Source: Candidatus Obscuribacterales bacterium (GTDB taxonomy: Bacteria; Cyanobacteriota; Vampirovibrionia; Obscuribacterales; Obscuribacteraceae). Taken from it: a stretch of 64,000 nucleotides of DNA. This document shows positions 49,001 to 57,779 of this stretch, in pieces. Positions within the stretch are counted from its first letter, which is position 1; the number at the start of each line of letters is the position of its first letter. Below the pieces are notes generated by a model. It was not told the origin of the DNA. It saw only the letters and a list, made by a program, of their open reading frames with translations, and did no database searches. The position numbers and the translations under genes were made by a program. Location of the stretch: the NCBI GenBank assembly GCA_965228855.1, contig CBDDIJ010000005.1, positions 608,001 through 672,000 on the forward strand, read 5' to 3'.

Positions 49001-52000
49001 CCGTTCAGATTGATGGTGACGTTGGTCAAGTCGATTGAACCACCGTTGGCATTCACTCCGGTTATCGTGAACAAGCCGGGGCTCTGGATCTGACCTGCAG
49101 TCGCCGGTGTGAAATCATAGCCCGCCATGAGCGTGAGTGAGCCACTTCCAGTTGGTCCTGAGAGGTTGATAGAGGTGGAGCCGGTCGTCGTGATATTTCC
49201 GGCAGCTAGAATTGCCAGGTTCTGACCGACGAATACCAAATCTGACGGAAGAAGTACATCTCCGTTGCTATTAGCAATAGTGCCATTGTTACTGCAAACT
49301 ATTACGAGCGGATTACCTGTGATAATGCCGTCGAAAGTCAGGTCGCAAGCATTAATGGTAGTTCTGTTCACACCAGTCACAACTGCACCGGCATTCACGA
49401 TGAAATTGTCTGGTTCCGCACCGACAGTAAATGCAGCCTCACCGGTTCCGTTCAACAATATGTTTCCGGAGAGATTGATACCGGCTGCCGAGAGGACAGT
49501 GAAACCATTGGCAGTCGTGTAGGTGCCGCCGGTCATCGACAGCGCGCCGGCAGTGTTGAAGACGTTAATCTGATCGAAGTTGGCGCCGACAAGACTGGTC
49601 AGATTGCTAGTACCGAGACTCAACGTGCCAGTACCCGAAACGGCTCCATTCAAAAGTATGCTGCCACCGTTAGTGGTGTCGAGCGTGAAGAAGTCGTTTC
49701 CGGCGGTGGCCTGAACGACAACGGTTGAAGTTCCGGCGTAAACGATCGAGACATCACCTCCACCTGTGGCGTTCGCAGTCAGAGAGAGAGGATTGGCGCC
49801 ATTAGTGACGATGAGCTCATTGCCAGATCCACCGATGCCGCCGGAAGCGGCCGTCACTGCCAGGTCTCCCGCCGTCAGAGTTCCAGAAGTTTGTTGGATG
49901 AAACCGCTTCCACCAGACGTGTCAATCGTCAGCAAAATAGCAGCATCGATGTCGGCGTCGATTGTCACATTTCCACCAGCGTTTACGATATTGACAAACG
50001 AGGCATCAATTGCTCCGGAGATTAGAACGTCTCCAGAAGCGATTTGAGATGCATTGAGAGCAAATGTTCCGACATCCGCTGATGTGACGTCGATACCATC
50101 GCGCTCATTGATAGTCAGTATCTGTGTACTGCCTCCGGTAGCAGTCACTGAGTCGACATCTGTTACGAGCGTCACTGGACCGGTCACGAAATCAACGTTC
50201 AGAGCGCCACCGATGACGGTGCCGGACGTTTGAGTCAGACCCGCACCGGAGACCAACGTCACAGAGTTGGTGCCCGTCACATTCGCATCGAGAGTGAGGC
50301 CGGTAGCACCATCAAGACGAACATCCGCGCCGGTCACTGCGATGTCCACCACGAGACTGAGATTCGAGCTCGCAATGAAGGTATCCGTAGCCGCAGCGAT
50401 TGTCTGTAAGTTCAACGCCGAGGTACTGGTGAAATAGACGGATCCGCCTGCACTGAGTGATGCGGTTGAAGCGTTCACCAACAGATAATCGGTAGATTCG
50501 CCGATCGAACCGAGCGCAGATGTGAGGTACAAGTCAGGCGAGTTCAATCCACCCGTGATATCAGCGTTGACGATGTCGTTCTGCGCATCCAACCGAATCT
50601 GGGTCGTAGCTGTCACAGCACCGTCAAGGTCGAACTTGTCCCCTGATTGCAGACGGACAGCGTTACCGGAGATGGCTCCGGTGCTTGTCAGAACACCGCC
50701 CGCGATGGCTTGGAAAACTTCTCCTACTGCGTTTGAAGCTGCCGAGCCACCAGGACCGAAATTCATAGCATTTGCATCTTGAACGAAGACAGAACCAGTC
50801 GTGGCGTTCGCTGTTATGTTGTCGACATCGACCTGTAGGAAATCGAGACCAACACCGATGTCGCCTCCAGTGGAGGTCAAATTGAGTTGCACGACTGGGA
50901 TGCCGGCTCCTGAATCCAGACCTCCGACTATGTTAGCGTTCAAGATCGAGCCTGCCGACGAGAGCGTGATGCTGCTGGTTCCTCTGGTCAATCCACTGAG
51001 AACCAGGTTGCCAGTAGTTGCGGTCAGAGATACGTAAGCAGCAGAGACGGTACCGGACGAGGTCAGGTCGTTCACTGCGGTCACGTTGAAAGTACCAACC
51101 GCTGACGAAGCCGCCAGATCAACCGAATTAGAGTCGCTGACGAACGCATCTCCGACAGATTGAATCGACAGGACAGCAGTATCCACCAAAACACTATTGC
51201 CGGAAACACCGATGGGACCAACGGTAGTGACAAGATTAATCCGTGGAGAGACGATGTTGTTCATTCCGTCGGCAGCTACGATTCCGTTATCAGAAGATAC
51301 TGTGACACTTGTCGTACCGGTCACAGCAGCATTTATCTGAACATATTGAGATGATCCGGCTATAGCTGTGAAGTCGACGTCAGAAGCATTTACTGTCGAA
51401 TCGACGGTGATCAATCCGTTCGCATGTAGACTGAAGACTCCCTGAGCGGAGGAGGCACCACCAACAGTGACAGCGCCGGCGTTCTCAACCCAGACGTTAC
51501 CGAGTGCAGCATTCAAAGTCACTGTTGTGACGTTTAAAGAAAGCGGATCTAGAGCAGTTCCGATATCACCGTTGGTCGATGTAGCAACTAAGGTCGGCGT
51601 GATCAGCTGACCGAGACCCACGCCATTGAGAATGTCGTCACCGGAAGTGAGCGTAATGCTGGTAGTGCCGCTTATCGCATTATTGAAAGTGAAACCGCCT
51701 GCCGTGGCTGTCAGGCTAACTGTCGCAGCATCGATAGTGCCATCATTAGAGATGTTCACGGGCGCTGAGGCTGTAAACGAAGTTGCCGTGGAGGCTCCAG
51801 GTCCGATGTTCATAGAGCCCGTGGTGTCGGTCAGCACAACTGTCGTAGCCGATGCACTCACGTTTTGGAAATCAGCGGTGACATCTATAGTCGCGCCGGC
51901 ATTGGTGGCGTTAAGGACAATAGTTGGTGCCGATAGCGGGTTGGCGAAGTTGGCCGTCAGGATATCATTGAACGAAATCAACTCAATTCTGGAACCGATC

Positions 52001-55000
52001 GTCACGGCGCCTGGAATTAAGATGCCACCATTCGCCGAATTCAGATACAAAGAATCCGCCACTACAGTCTGGGCAGCCGGCACGGTAATCGTACCAGTTG
52101 ACCAGAGAGCCAGGTCGCCGGTCACGGTGGACGACCTGAGGTCTATAGCACCACCGGTGTTGTTGAGATACGCATTATCAGCGCCAGCACTGATCGCCAG
52201 AGCGTTGAATGCGAATGCGTTTGCCTGACCTCCCGCCGCGCCGATGTTCCCGTCAGACTGCAGCACAAGCGATTGAACCGGCAGGCCCACTCCACCATCG
52301 AGCACGCCCGAAACTGTGCTTCCGTTGATATCTCCTGCCGAGGTCAAAGAGATTGTGCCGGCAGCGCGCACTCCACCGTCGAGATCGAAGACACCATTCG
52401 TCGCGGTCAAGCTCACCGAGCCGGTCGTCGACTGTATCAATGCGCCGGAGACAGAGCTCAAATTCTGATTGGCGGTAACGGAAATATCGTTCGCAGCCGA
52501 AGAGGCGAGGTAAATCGAAACGCTGTTGGCATCGGAGTATGTCACCGAGCCGGCGGAGTTGAACTGCAGTGAATCTACATCGAGCACAGAAACATCTATG
52601 TCGCCGGACGTTGTGGTGAGATTCGCAGCCAGAACATCGAAGGTGCCGGTCAGATCCGCATCAACGATGCCGTTTCCAGAAGTTATGGCAATCGTAGTCC
52701 CAATCACCGAGCCCGGAATCTGCACATTCGCGGAAGTGGACGTCAAGTTGGTTACCGGTGAAGAAATCGTGCCGGTGACAACGAGAGCGCCAGTTGCATC
52801 AACCTCGAAGACCGAACCGGAGAAATTAGTTCCGACGATGTTGAGCGCCCCGGTTCTGGTGGCATAAACAGAATTTCCCGGAGCTAACAAACTGCCAGCC
52901 GATGCCGAAAAGTTGTTTGCGTTTACGACAAAGGAGTCTCCCAGCAATCCGACACTTCCAAACGTTGATGTAAGATTGAGAGTATCGGTAAATTGCAGAC
53001 CGGTTGTAGCACTGTTGGTTATTGGACCACCAGAGCTCAACGTGACGCTGTTGGTACCGGTAGTGGTGCCAGTGATTGTGAGGAAACCGCGCGGAGCAGA
53101 GAGCAGCAGGTCATTTGCACTCACTGTACTGGCGAGACCAATTACAATGTTTCCGAACTTCAGGTCCTCATCAGGTCTGGCGAGGTCGAATGTTCCAGTG
53201 ACGACGCTGTTACCAATTAGATTCAAATCCGGCGAACCGCTGATAGCGTCTGCAAAAACATATGCTGAGCCACCCGTGTTGACGGTCAAATTGAGCGACT
53301 TCGTATTCAAGCGAGACGACGCGTCGGTTCCGATATCGCCGTTCGTGGAGCTGAGCGTCAAGAATTGCGCGCGGATCTGCGCTCCATTCACAGTATTCAT
53401 GTCGGTACCGGACGACAAGGAGACGTTCGCGCCATACATATTGGCACCGATCTCCATCAGTCCTCCGGCTGTCAAAGATATGTTCGTGATCGTTGGCGGA
53501 ACGCCAAAGTCTCCAGTCCCGATAAGCCCGGAAGTGGTCAGATCATCGTCAGCTGTGACTATGAAGTCTAGTGAAGACGTATTAGTTCCGTTGATATTAA
53601 CCGAGTTCGGGTCATGAACCGAAACGGTTCCGCCCTGGAGATTCAGATTGACGGCATCGATATCGAGAGGATTTCCCATTCCTGAACCGATGTTCGCAGC
53701 TGCTTTCAAATTGATTTGGTCAGCGCTCAGAATGTTCGGGTTATTGTTTAAAGTGTTATCGTCGATAGAAGTCGCTGAGTCCAACGTGATCGACTGATTA
53801 GCAGTGAGAAGACTGAGTACCAAGATATTGCCGACGGTTGACTTGATAGTGACGTTCAGAGCATCAACAGTACCACCGAAAAATACCGCGGCATCACCTG
53901 TGATATTAAAGTTTTGCGGTGTCGTGACCGTGTTTGGAATTCCCTGAAAGCTCGCAGTGCCGGTTGCGGTAATGGTGATGTTTCCTGTGGTAGTCTCCAA
54001 CGACTTGAGAAACAACACATCACCTCCAGTCGAAGTGATGTCGATAGAACCGAATGCTGAAATTGTTCCGATACTGCTCAAGGCACTGATAACATCATTA
54101 GCTGTGATTTTGACATTGCCTGCGGTGCTGGTTATATCTCCGGCTCCAATTGACATAGGACCATCTAAACTGATGTCACCGGGTGCTGTAATGTCGCCCA
54201 GAACTACCAGACTGTCATCGCCGGACAGCTTGACGTAGCCGCCGGTTGAGGTAACTGGTGCACCTGGGTTCTGGATCATATTTGCCATCGATGTCAACTC
54301 GATGTTACGCCCAGCTGTCAGCGGAGCATTGATATCAAAACTGTTGTCTGTTGACACGAAGAAGTCGGTACCTGCGGACGAACCGGCCACAAGCTGAGTA
54401 TCTATAGACGTCGCAACGTTGGAGACATACACGCCATTAGCAGCGATGAGCAACAGATTCTCGGCATTCGTAACCACCCTAGAGCCGAGTGAACCAATGC
54501 TACCGTTTGTCGATGACAGCGATAGGCTTAGGACTGGATCACCTAAATTGTTCAGCGCAACCGTTCCAAGCCCGTTAGCAGGAATGGTATTACCTGACGT
54601 GAGCGCAACATTTACCCCATACACCGCCCCAGTCAGTCCAAGCGAGCCGTTGGTTGCTGTGAGCGTGACGTTCGGAGCAGCAATGACACTGCTGGCGGTG
54701 CTCAAAATATTATTGGCCGCAATCACTGTGATGTTTGTGTTTGCCGACGCGTTAGTTATTGTTACCGAGTTCGGATCAACAATGTAGATGTCTCCAGCAG
54801 TCGCGGTGGCGCTGAGTCGATTGGCGTCGATATGCAACTGATTGCCCACTGAGCCAACCGACCCGGAGAATGACAAAAGATTCAATTCCGGCGACACGAT
54901 CGTAGCGCCAGTGAAACTAGAATCGACTATCGATGCATTGGAAGAAAGGTTAATCTGCGAGCTGCCTGTGATCACGCTACCTAGAGAGAGCGAGCCTGCA

Positions 55001-57684
55001 GAGCTCACAAGCTGAACTATATCTGCGAAAATATTGCTCGTGCTCGAAATATTTCCGGCGGCGTTGGTCTGAAGTAGATTCGTCACGAACGTGTCGCCAC
55101 CAGCAAAATTGATGGCCCCGGTACTGCTTATAACCGCATTGTTTGCGGTGACTGCCACATTGCCACCTGTCAAGCGCGCTGTCACAGTCCCTGTATCAGA
55201 GGTCAAGTAAGTTTGAGGAGATGTCACTTCGACGCCCAGCGCGGTATCGATGTTGCCATTTGCACGCAAGCGCACATCCGTAGTGCCGGTAACATCAGCA
55301 TCTAGCTGAATCGCACCTGCGGTTGATCTCAAAACCACGTGGTCAGCAATGTGAGGAACAGCATTAGAAACTGTGAGAAGCCCTGTTGAAGTTAGGTCAG
55401 CGGTACCACCGGTCACAAAACCGGAAAGTGAGACATCATCAATGTCGCTAACGTAGAACGATCCCGTCGGACTATTCACGGCAAGATCATTAGCATCTAT
55501 CCGAACGCGATTCGATGCGGAACCAATATCTCCGTTAAACGACTCAAGTTCTACTCGGTCGGAGACCAGTAATGAAGCATTGCCACCACTTACGACTCCG
55601 GCGTTCCCGCTGAGATAAATGGAGTTTATAAGAGACGTATTAGTCAACACGACTCCTGCTCCCAGAGTGATGATGCCATCAGCTGTGATCGATATACCAC
55701 CCTGGCTTGTCAAATTCTTAGAGATGATGACATCACCGCCGGTAGGCGATGCACTGTAGGTGAGATTGTTTGGTGAGGTGATATTGCCTGCTGCATCAAA
55801 AACAATCGGACCACCAGTGGAAACTGGTTGCGCGGTCACAGCAGAAATCAGTCCGGATTCTAATACTCCACCTGTGGTATCAATCACACCCAGGCGTATG
55901 GCGGTCGTGCTTTGAGCTCCAGCAACGAGGAATACGTCACCATTGGTCCCGGTTCCGCTTCCACCTGTTCTTATGGTCGTGTTGGAAACGTCAATTCTGC
56001 CGGAGTTAAAGTTGAGACCGCTGAAGGCGAACATGGAGACATCGCCACCATTTGCGTTCCCGCTTGTCCCTCTCGAATCTATCGTGACACCGCTTCCCAG
56101 AAGGATACTTCCCCCTGATGAGGAAGCCAATCCTGTCAGGGTTGTTCCGGATGCGACAGCACCATTGGTCGATGAAACATTTGTGCCACCAGCAGTCTGT
56201 TCTGCGCCAGCAGCCATGAAGATATCGAAGCCGCCTGTCGTTTGTGCGGTACTTATCGTGATGTTGTTGGCGCTCGTAATGTTTCCACTTGCAATTATCG
56301 CGAGCTTCTCGTTGACGGAAATATCTCCGTTGATGTTGATGTTTCCGGCATTGTTCTTATATGTCGGGTCACCAGTCAGGCAAACGTTTCCAATATTGAG
56401 ATCGTCAGTCGACGCACTCAGGTGAGCCTCAGAACCGGTTTGATTTACAGTCCCCGTCAGCTCGCCGACATCGGCACGCATGATGCCGCCGCCGGCGTTC
56501 AAGTTCAACTGTCTCGAAAAATAGTCTCCACCGCGAAGGTTTGTGTTCGAAGAACCAACATAATCGGCTGCTCTCACGTTGATGTCGCGACCAGCCGAGA
56601 AGGTTCCACCAGCTCCATTCACGTTCAACTCAGCTGTTGAAGAACCATCTATGTTTATGTCACCGCGCATTGCTTGAACGGCGCCGGAGTTGTTAATCGA
56701 AGAAGCGTTGAGATTTACATCGCCCTTCGCATTTACGTTTCCAGTATTGGTCAGAACATTGCCGGCACTTAAGGTCAGCGTTCCCCTGGACGTAATAGTT
56801 CCGTAGTTTGAAAGATTTCCGCTAGCTAGCAGTCCCAAACTGCTGTCGGCGGTGATGCTGGCGCCGAGTTGGTTGACGATGTCGTCAGCGCGAATAACTC
56901 CACCGTTGCGTCCGTTTCCATAGGTGTAAACGGTACCCGCGTTATTTAAGTCACCGAGCAATTTGAAGTCGGAGCGCTTGCTGAAGTCACCATATGTAGT
57001 GACGTTCACAGGAACCGTTAAATCGGTAGCGCGCAGTACATCGTTATTTGCCGTGATAGCACCGAGGTCCACCTCGCCGCCTGTCGCAGCTCCCTTACCG
57101 TCGATGACAATCTTTTGCGAGCTGCCGGAGAGAATTTGTTTAACAGCTATGTATTCGGCGGCGCTAACCTGTGAACCGGCAGCAACAGTTTTTGTCTCGC
57201 CACCAACATTGATCTCGACTGATAGCTTATTGTCGAACAGGTTGCGACCAAGTGTGATGTTTCTCACATCAGAACCAAGGTCCAGATTGACGCCATTGCG
57301 AAGATTCACCAGGGTACCATCGCCGCCCTGCACTGACTGATTGATGACGCCCTGCCGCTCCAATCTACGACTGAGGCGATCCATTCGAATCGTGTCTACT
57401 GAGTTCGAAACCGACGGGACGGCTAGATTGTTTCCGCCGCCTCCTATTGTAGGAACAGCAATCGTGTTGACTGCCGCTCCCCGATGTTGTCCGAATTCCT
57501 GGCGGAACATCTGACGAGCAGCCTGTCTATCGATGCCAGGATTCTGTTCTCTAAAGTCGCGGAAAGATGGTCGATCGACGTCTGCGGCATGCGCTTGCAT
57601 AGCCGACGCGAACAACGAACCACTTATTACCGCGATCCATTGTTTTACGAATGACTTTCTTACTTTGACTGCCTTCTTACTCAT
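46048..57684 (-). CDS. Giant (3878 aa) secreted beta-helical repeat protein, filamentous-haemagglutinin-like adhesin/surface protein with conserved C-terminal domain
   Basis: Sec signal ending in AHA; G/T/S/N/A/V/I/L-rich body with ~80-aa repeats (GxIG...xDAxxL...VYVxD); FecR-like beta-rich C-terminal domain; SD GAGGA. Confidence 0.85.
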   Translation of the reverse strand: MSKKAVKVRKSFVKQWIAVISGSLFASAMQAHAADVDRPSFRDFREQNPGIDRQAARQMFRQEFGQHRGAAVNTIAVPTIGGGGNNLAVPSVSNSVDTIRMDRLSRRLERQGVINQSVQGGDGTLVNLRNGVNLDLGSDVRNITLGRNLFDNKLSVEINVGGETKTVAAGSQVSAAEYIAVKQILSGSSQKIVIDGKGAATGGEVDLGAITANNDVLRATDLTVPVNVTTYGDFSKRSDFKLLGDLNNAGTVYTYGNGRNGGVIRADDIVNQLGASITADSSLGLLASGNLSNYGTITSRGTLTLSAGNVLTNTGNVNAKGDVNLNASSINNSGAVQAMRGDINIDGSSTAELNVNGAGGTFSAGRDINVRAADYVGSSNTNLRGGDYFSRQLNLNAGGGIMRADVGELTGTVNQTGSEAHLSASTDDLNIGNVCLTGDPTYKNNAGNININGDISVNEKLAIIASGNITSANNITISTAQTTGGFDIFMAAGAEQTAGGTNVSSTNGAVASGTTLTGLASSSGGSILLGSGVTIDSRGTSGNANGGDVSMFAFSGLNFNSGRIDVSNTTIRTGGSGTGTNGDVFLVAGAQSTTAIRLGVIDTTGGVLESGLISAVTAQPVSTGGPIVFDAAGNITSPNNLTYSASPTGGDVIISKNLTSQGGISITADGIITLGAGVVLTNTSLINSIYLSGNAGVVSGGNASLLVSDRVELESFNGDIGSASNRVRIDANDLAVNSPTGSFYVSDIDDVSLSGFVTGGTADLTSTGLLTVSNAVPHIADHVVLRSTAGAIQLDADVTGTTDVRLRANGNIDTALGVEVTSPQTYLTSDTGTVTARLTGGNVAVTANNAVISSTGAINFAGGDTFVTNLLQTNAAGNISSTSNIFADIVQLVSSAGSLSLGSVITGSSQINLSSNASIVDSSFTGATIVSPELNLLSFSGSVGSVGNQLHIDANRLSATATAGDIYIVDPNSVTITNASANTNITVIAANNILSTASSVIAAPNVTLTATNGSLGLTGAVYGVNVALTSGNTIPANGLGTVALNNLGDPVLSLSLSSTNGSIGSLGSRVVTNAENLLLIAANGVYVSNVATSIDTQLVAGSSAGTDFFVSTDNSFDINAPLTAGRNIELTSMANMIQNPGAPVTSTGGYVKLSGDDSLVVLGDITAPGDISLDGPMSIGAGDITSTAGNVKITANDVISALSSIGTISAFGSIDITSTGGDVLFLKSLETTTGNITITATGTASFQGIPNTVTTPQNFNITGDAAVFFGGTVDALNVTIKSTVGNILVLSLLTANQSITLDSATSIDDNTLNNNPNILSADQINLKAAANIGSGMGNPLDIDAVNLNLQGGTVSVHDPNSVNINGTNTSSLDFIVTADDDLTTSGLIGTGDFGVPPTITNISLTAGGLMEIGANMYGANVSLSSGTDMNTVNGAQIRAQFLTLSSTNGDIGTDASSRLNTKSLNLTVNTGGSAYVFADAISGSPDLNLIGNSVVTGTFDLARPDEDLKFGNIVIGLASTVSANDLLLSAPRGFLTITGTTTGTNSVTLSSGGPITNSATTGLQFTDTLNLTSTFGSVGLLGDSFVVNANNFSASAGSLLAPGNSVYATRTGALNIVGTNFSGSVFEVDATGALVVTGTISSPVTNLTSTSANVQIPGSVIGTTIAITSGNGIVDADLTGTFDVLAANLTTTSGDIDVSVLDVDSLQFNSAGSVTYSDANSVSIYLASSAANDISVTANQNLSSVSGALIQSTTGSVSLTATNGVFDLDGGVRAAGTISLTSAGDINGSTVSGVLDGGVGLPVQSLVLQSDGNIGAAGGQANAFAFNALAISAGADNAYLNNTGGAIDLRSSTVTGDLALWSTGTITVPAAQTVVADSLYLNSANGGILIPGAVTIGSRIELISFNDILTANFANPLSAPTIVLNATNAGATIDVTADFQNVSASATTVVLTDTTGSMNIGPGASTATSFTASAPVNISNDGTIDAATVSLTATAGGFTFNNAISGTTSITLTSGDDILNGVGLGQLITPTLVATSTNGDIGTALDPLSLNVTTVTLNAALGNVWVENAGAVTVGGASSAQGVFSLHANGLITVDSTVNASDVDFTAIAGSSQYVQINAAVTGTTSVTVSSDNGIVAADGMNNIVSPRINLVTTVGPIGVSGNSVLVDTAVLSIQSVGDAFVSDSNSVDLAASSAVGTFNVTAVNDLTSSGTVSAAYVSLTATTGNLVLSGLTRGTSSITLSSAGSILNANIVGGLDSGAGIPVVQLNLTSTGGDIGVGLDFLQVDVDNITANATTGSVFVQDANAMNFGPGGSAASNAVGEVFQAIAGGVLTSTGAISGNAVRLQSGDKFDLDGAVTATTQIRLDAQNDIVNADITGGLNSPDLYLTSALGSIGESTDYLLVNASTASLSAGGSVYFTSTSALNLQTIAAATDTFIASSNLSLVVDIAVTGADVRLDGATGLTLDANVTGTNSVTLVSGAGLTQTSGTVIGGALNVDFVTGPVTLVTDVDSVTATGGSTQILTINERDGIDVTSADVGTFALNASQIASGDVLISGAIDASFVNIVNAGGNVTIDADIDAAILLTIDTSGGSGFIQQTSGTLTAGDLAVTAASGGIGGSGNELIVTNGANPLSLTANATGGGDVSIVYAGTSTVVVQATAGNDFFTLDTTNGGSILLNGAVSGTGTLSLGTSNLTSLVGANFDQINVFNTAGALSMTGGTYTTANGFTVLSAAGINLSGNILLNGTGEAAFTVGAEPDNFIVNAGAVVTGVNRTTINACDLTFDGIITGNPLVIVCSNNGTIANSNGDVLLPSDLVFVGQNLAILAAGNITTTGSTSINLSGPTGSGSLTLMAGYDFTPATAGQIQSPGLFTITGVNANGGSIDLTNVTINLNGGAGSGGNFTAVANAGTLNDGSIVLHTINTTGAVNGGNVNITGPGGITVGSINTVGGTASGNVNMAVATPTIVGGPITVQNGVLLSGSFGVGAQTAGDLIVTTIDAGLANVVLTGALGATDVISQTPGLISANNLTVNVGDGVATLGSTAVATLNASSSGLGTVDVSDVDALNLGAITGSDLSLVVSSGGSLVATSAFNIGIVELTTTAGDIVLNASVGGSNYVELSSAGTITQTAGTLQGGTLFLDFATGPVTLSTNVDRLSTTANAVTLTINEANDLILSSQGVDVLNVNVTSGAVTTDSDFTVGTLSINVADGTVAVSNSIGATGTSNVFADDGVTSSGAGVINGDIVVLDTNASLGVDAANRLQINANTFQVEGQNVFVNNTNTLASTLNASSATNTLDVSTAGDLVSGGDYSAQVVALATGGAFDLTSTINGTTSVSLTTDGDLTNITGTLNTPTLLLNSVSGNVGTDANNPFLVAANVSSIGGSAGNGFFVSSASTAGVNFVAITAAGDINLTANGGLNLTQNITSTGGAFAVTATQDTLDIADGITILAHDQIDITMLGSTKKRDSIVFGNGSSVLTNAKTPGLGNINIVLGAPQSPGRKTPTPKKFVTIVENGGSVLFGGKKAQAVSGGIVFTAQGADVYVSTFNPKSIVFEGNNIITADPPVAEGTPMTIRTFGNAGSAAGTLNALNDLSTNSLDGSVTMSPIAITNPVATFSVNNEMRAMQLISLNNATGTFSGGDSLASLTSTASGVTLATVPSGGPGHDDSYMSTSEPTATIVDAKLCSDLELSGDSLMSSLSKVSHNQCVTMDSGSVLFVPKTDTTVVTPKGRVKIAADSVAMVVVDQNHLSVYDVNDQHKRSVVIEAGGRSIPLSPGKHAIVTHSSVQQFAEINPVEAVMHRGLAHHDLGNGHKAFTSEFSVPSAIQAIKPLAAIVQSQHREARKVRAGVLKTTAVIMQMTSNGPAYELHTKPRTVALQW

Positions 57685-57739
57685 TAACCCGATCCTCGAT
57701 TATTGTCGATTGCAACTGCTTGACTACGTGCCGATGGTA

Positions 57740-57768
57740 GAAGGGCTCCGCATTTCGCGAAGCCCTTC
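57740..57768 (-). other. GC hairpin between the two giant genes, without a U-tract
   Basis: GAAGGGCT...AGCCCTTC in the 95-nt gap; followed by TACCATC on the minus strand. Confidence 0.55.
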
Positions 57769-57779
57769 CAGTTAGTTGA

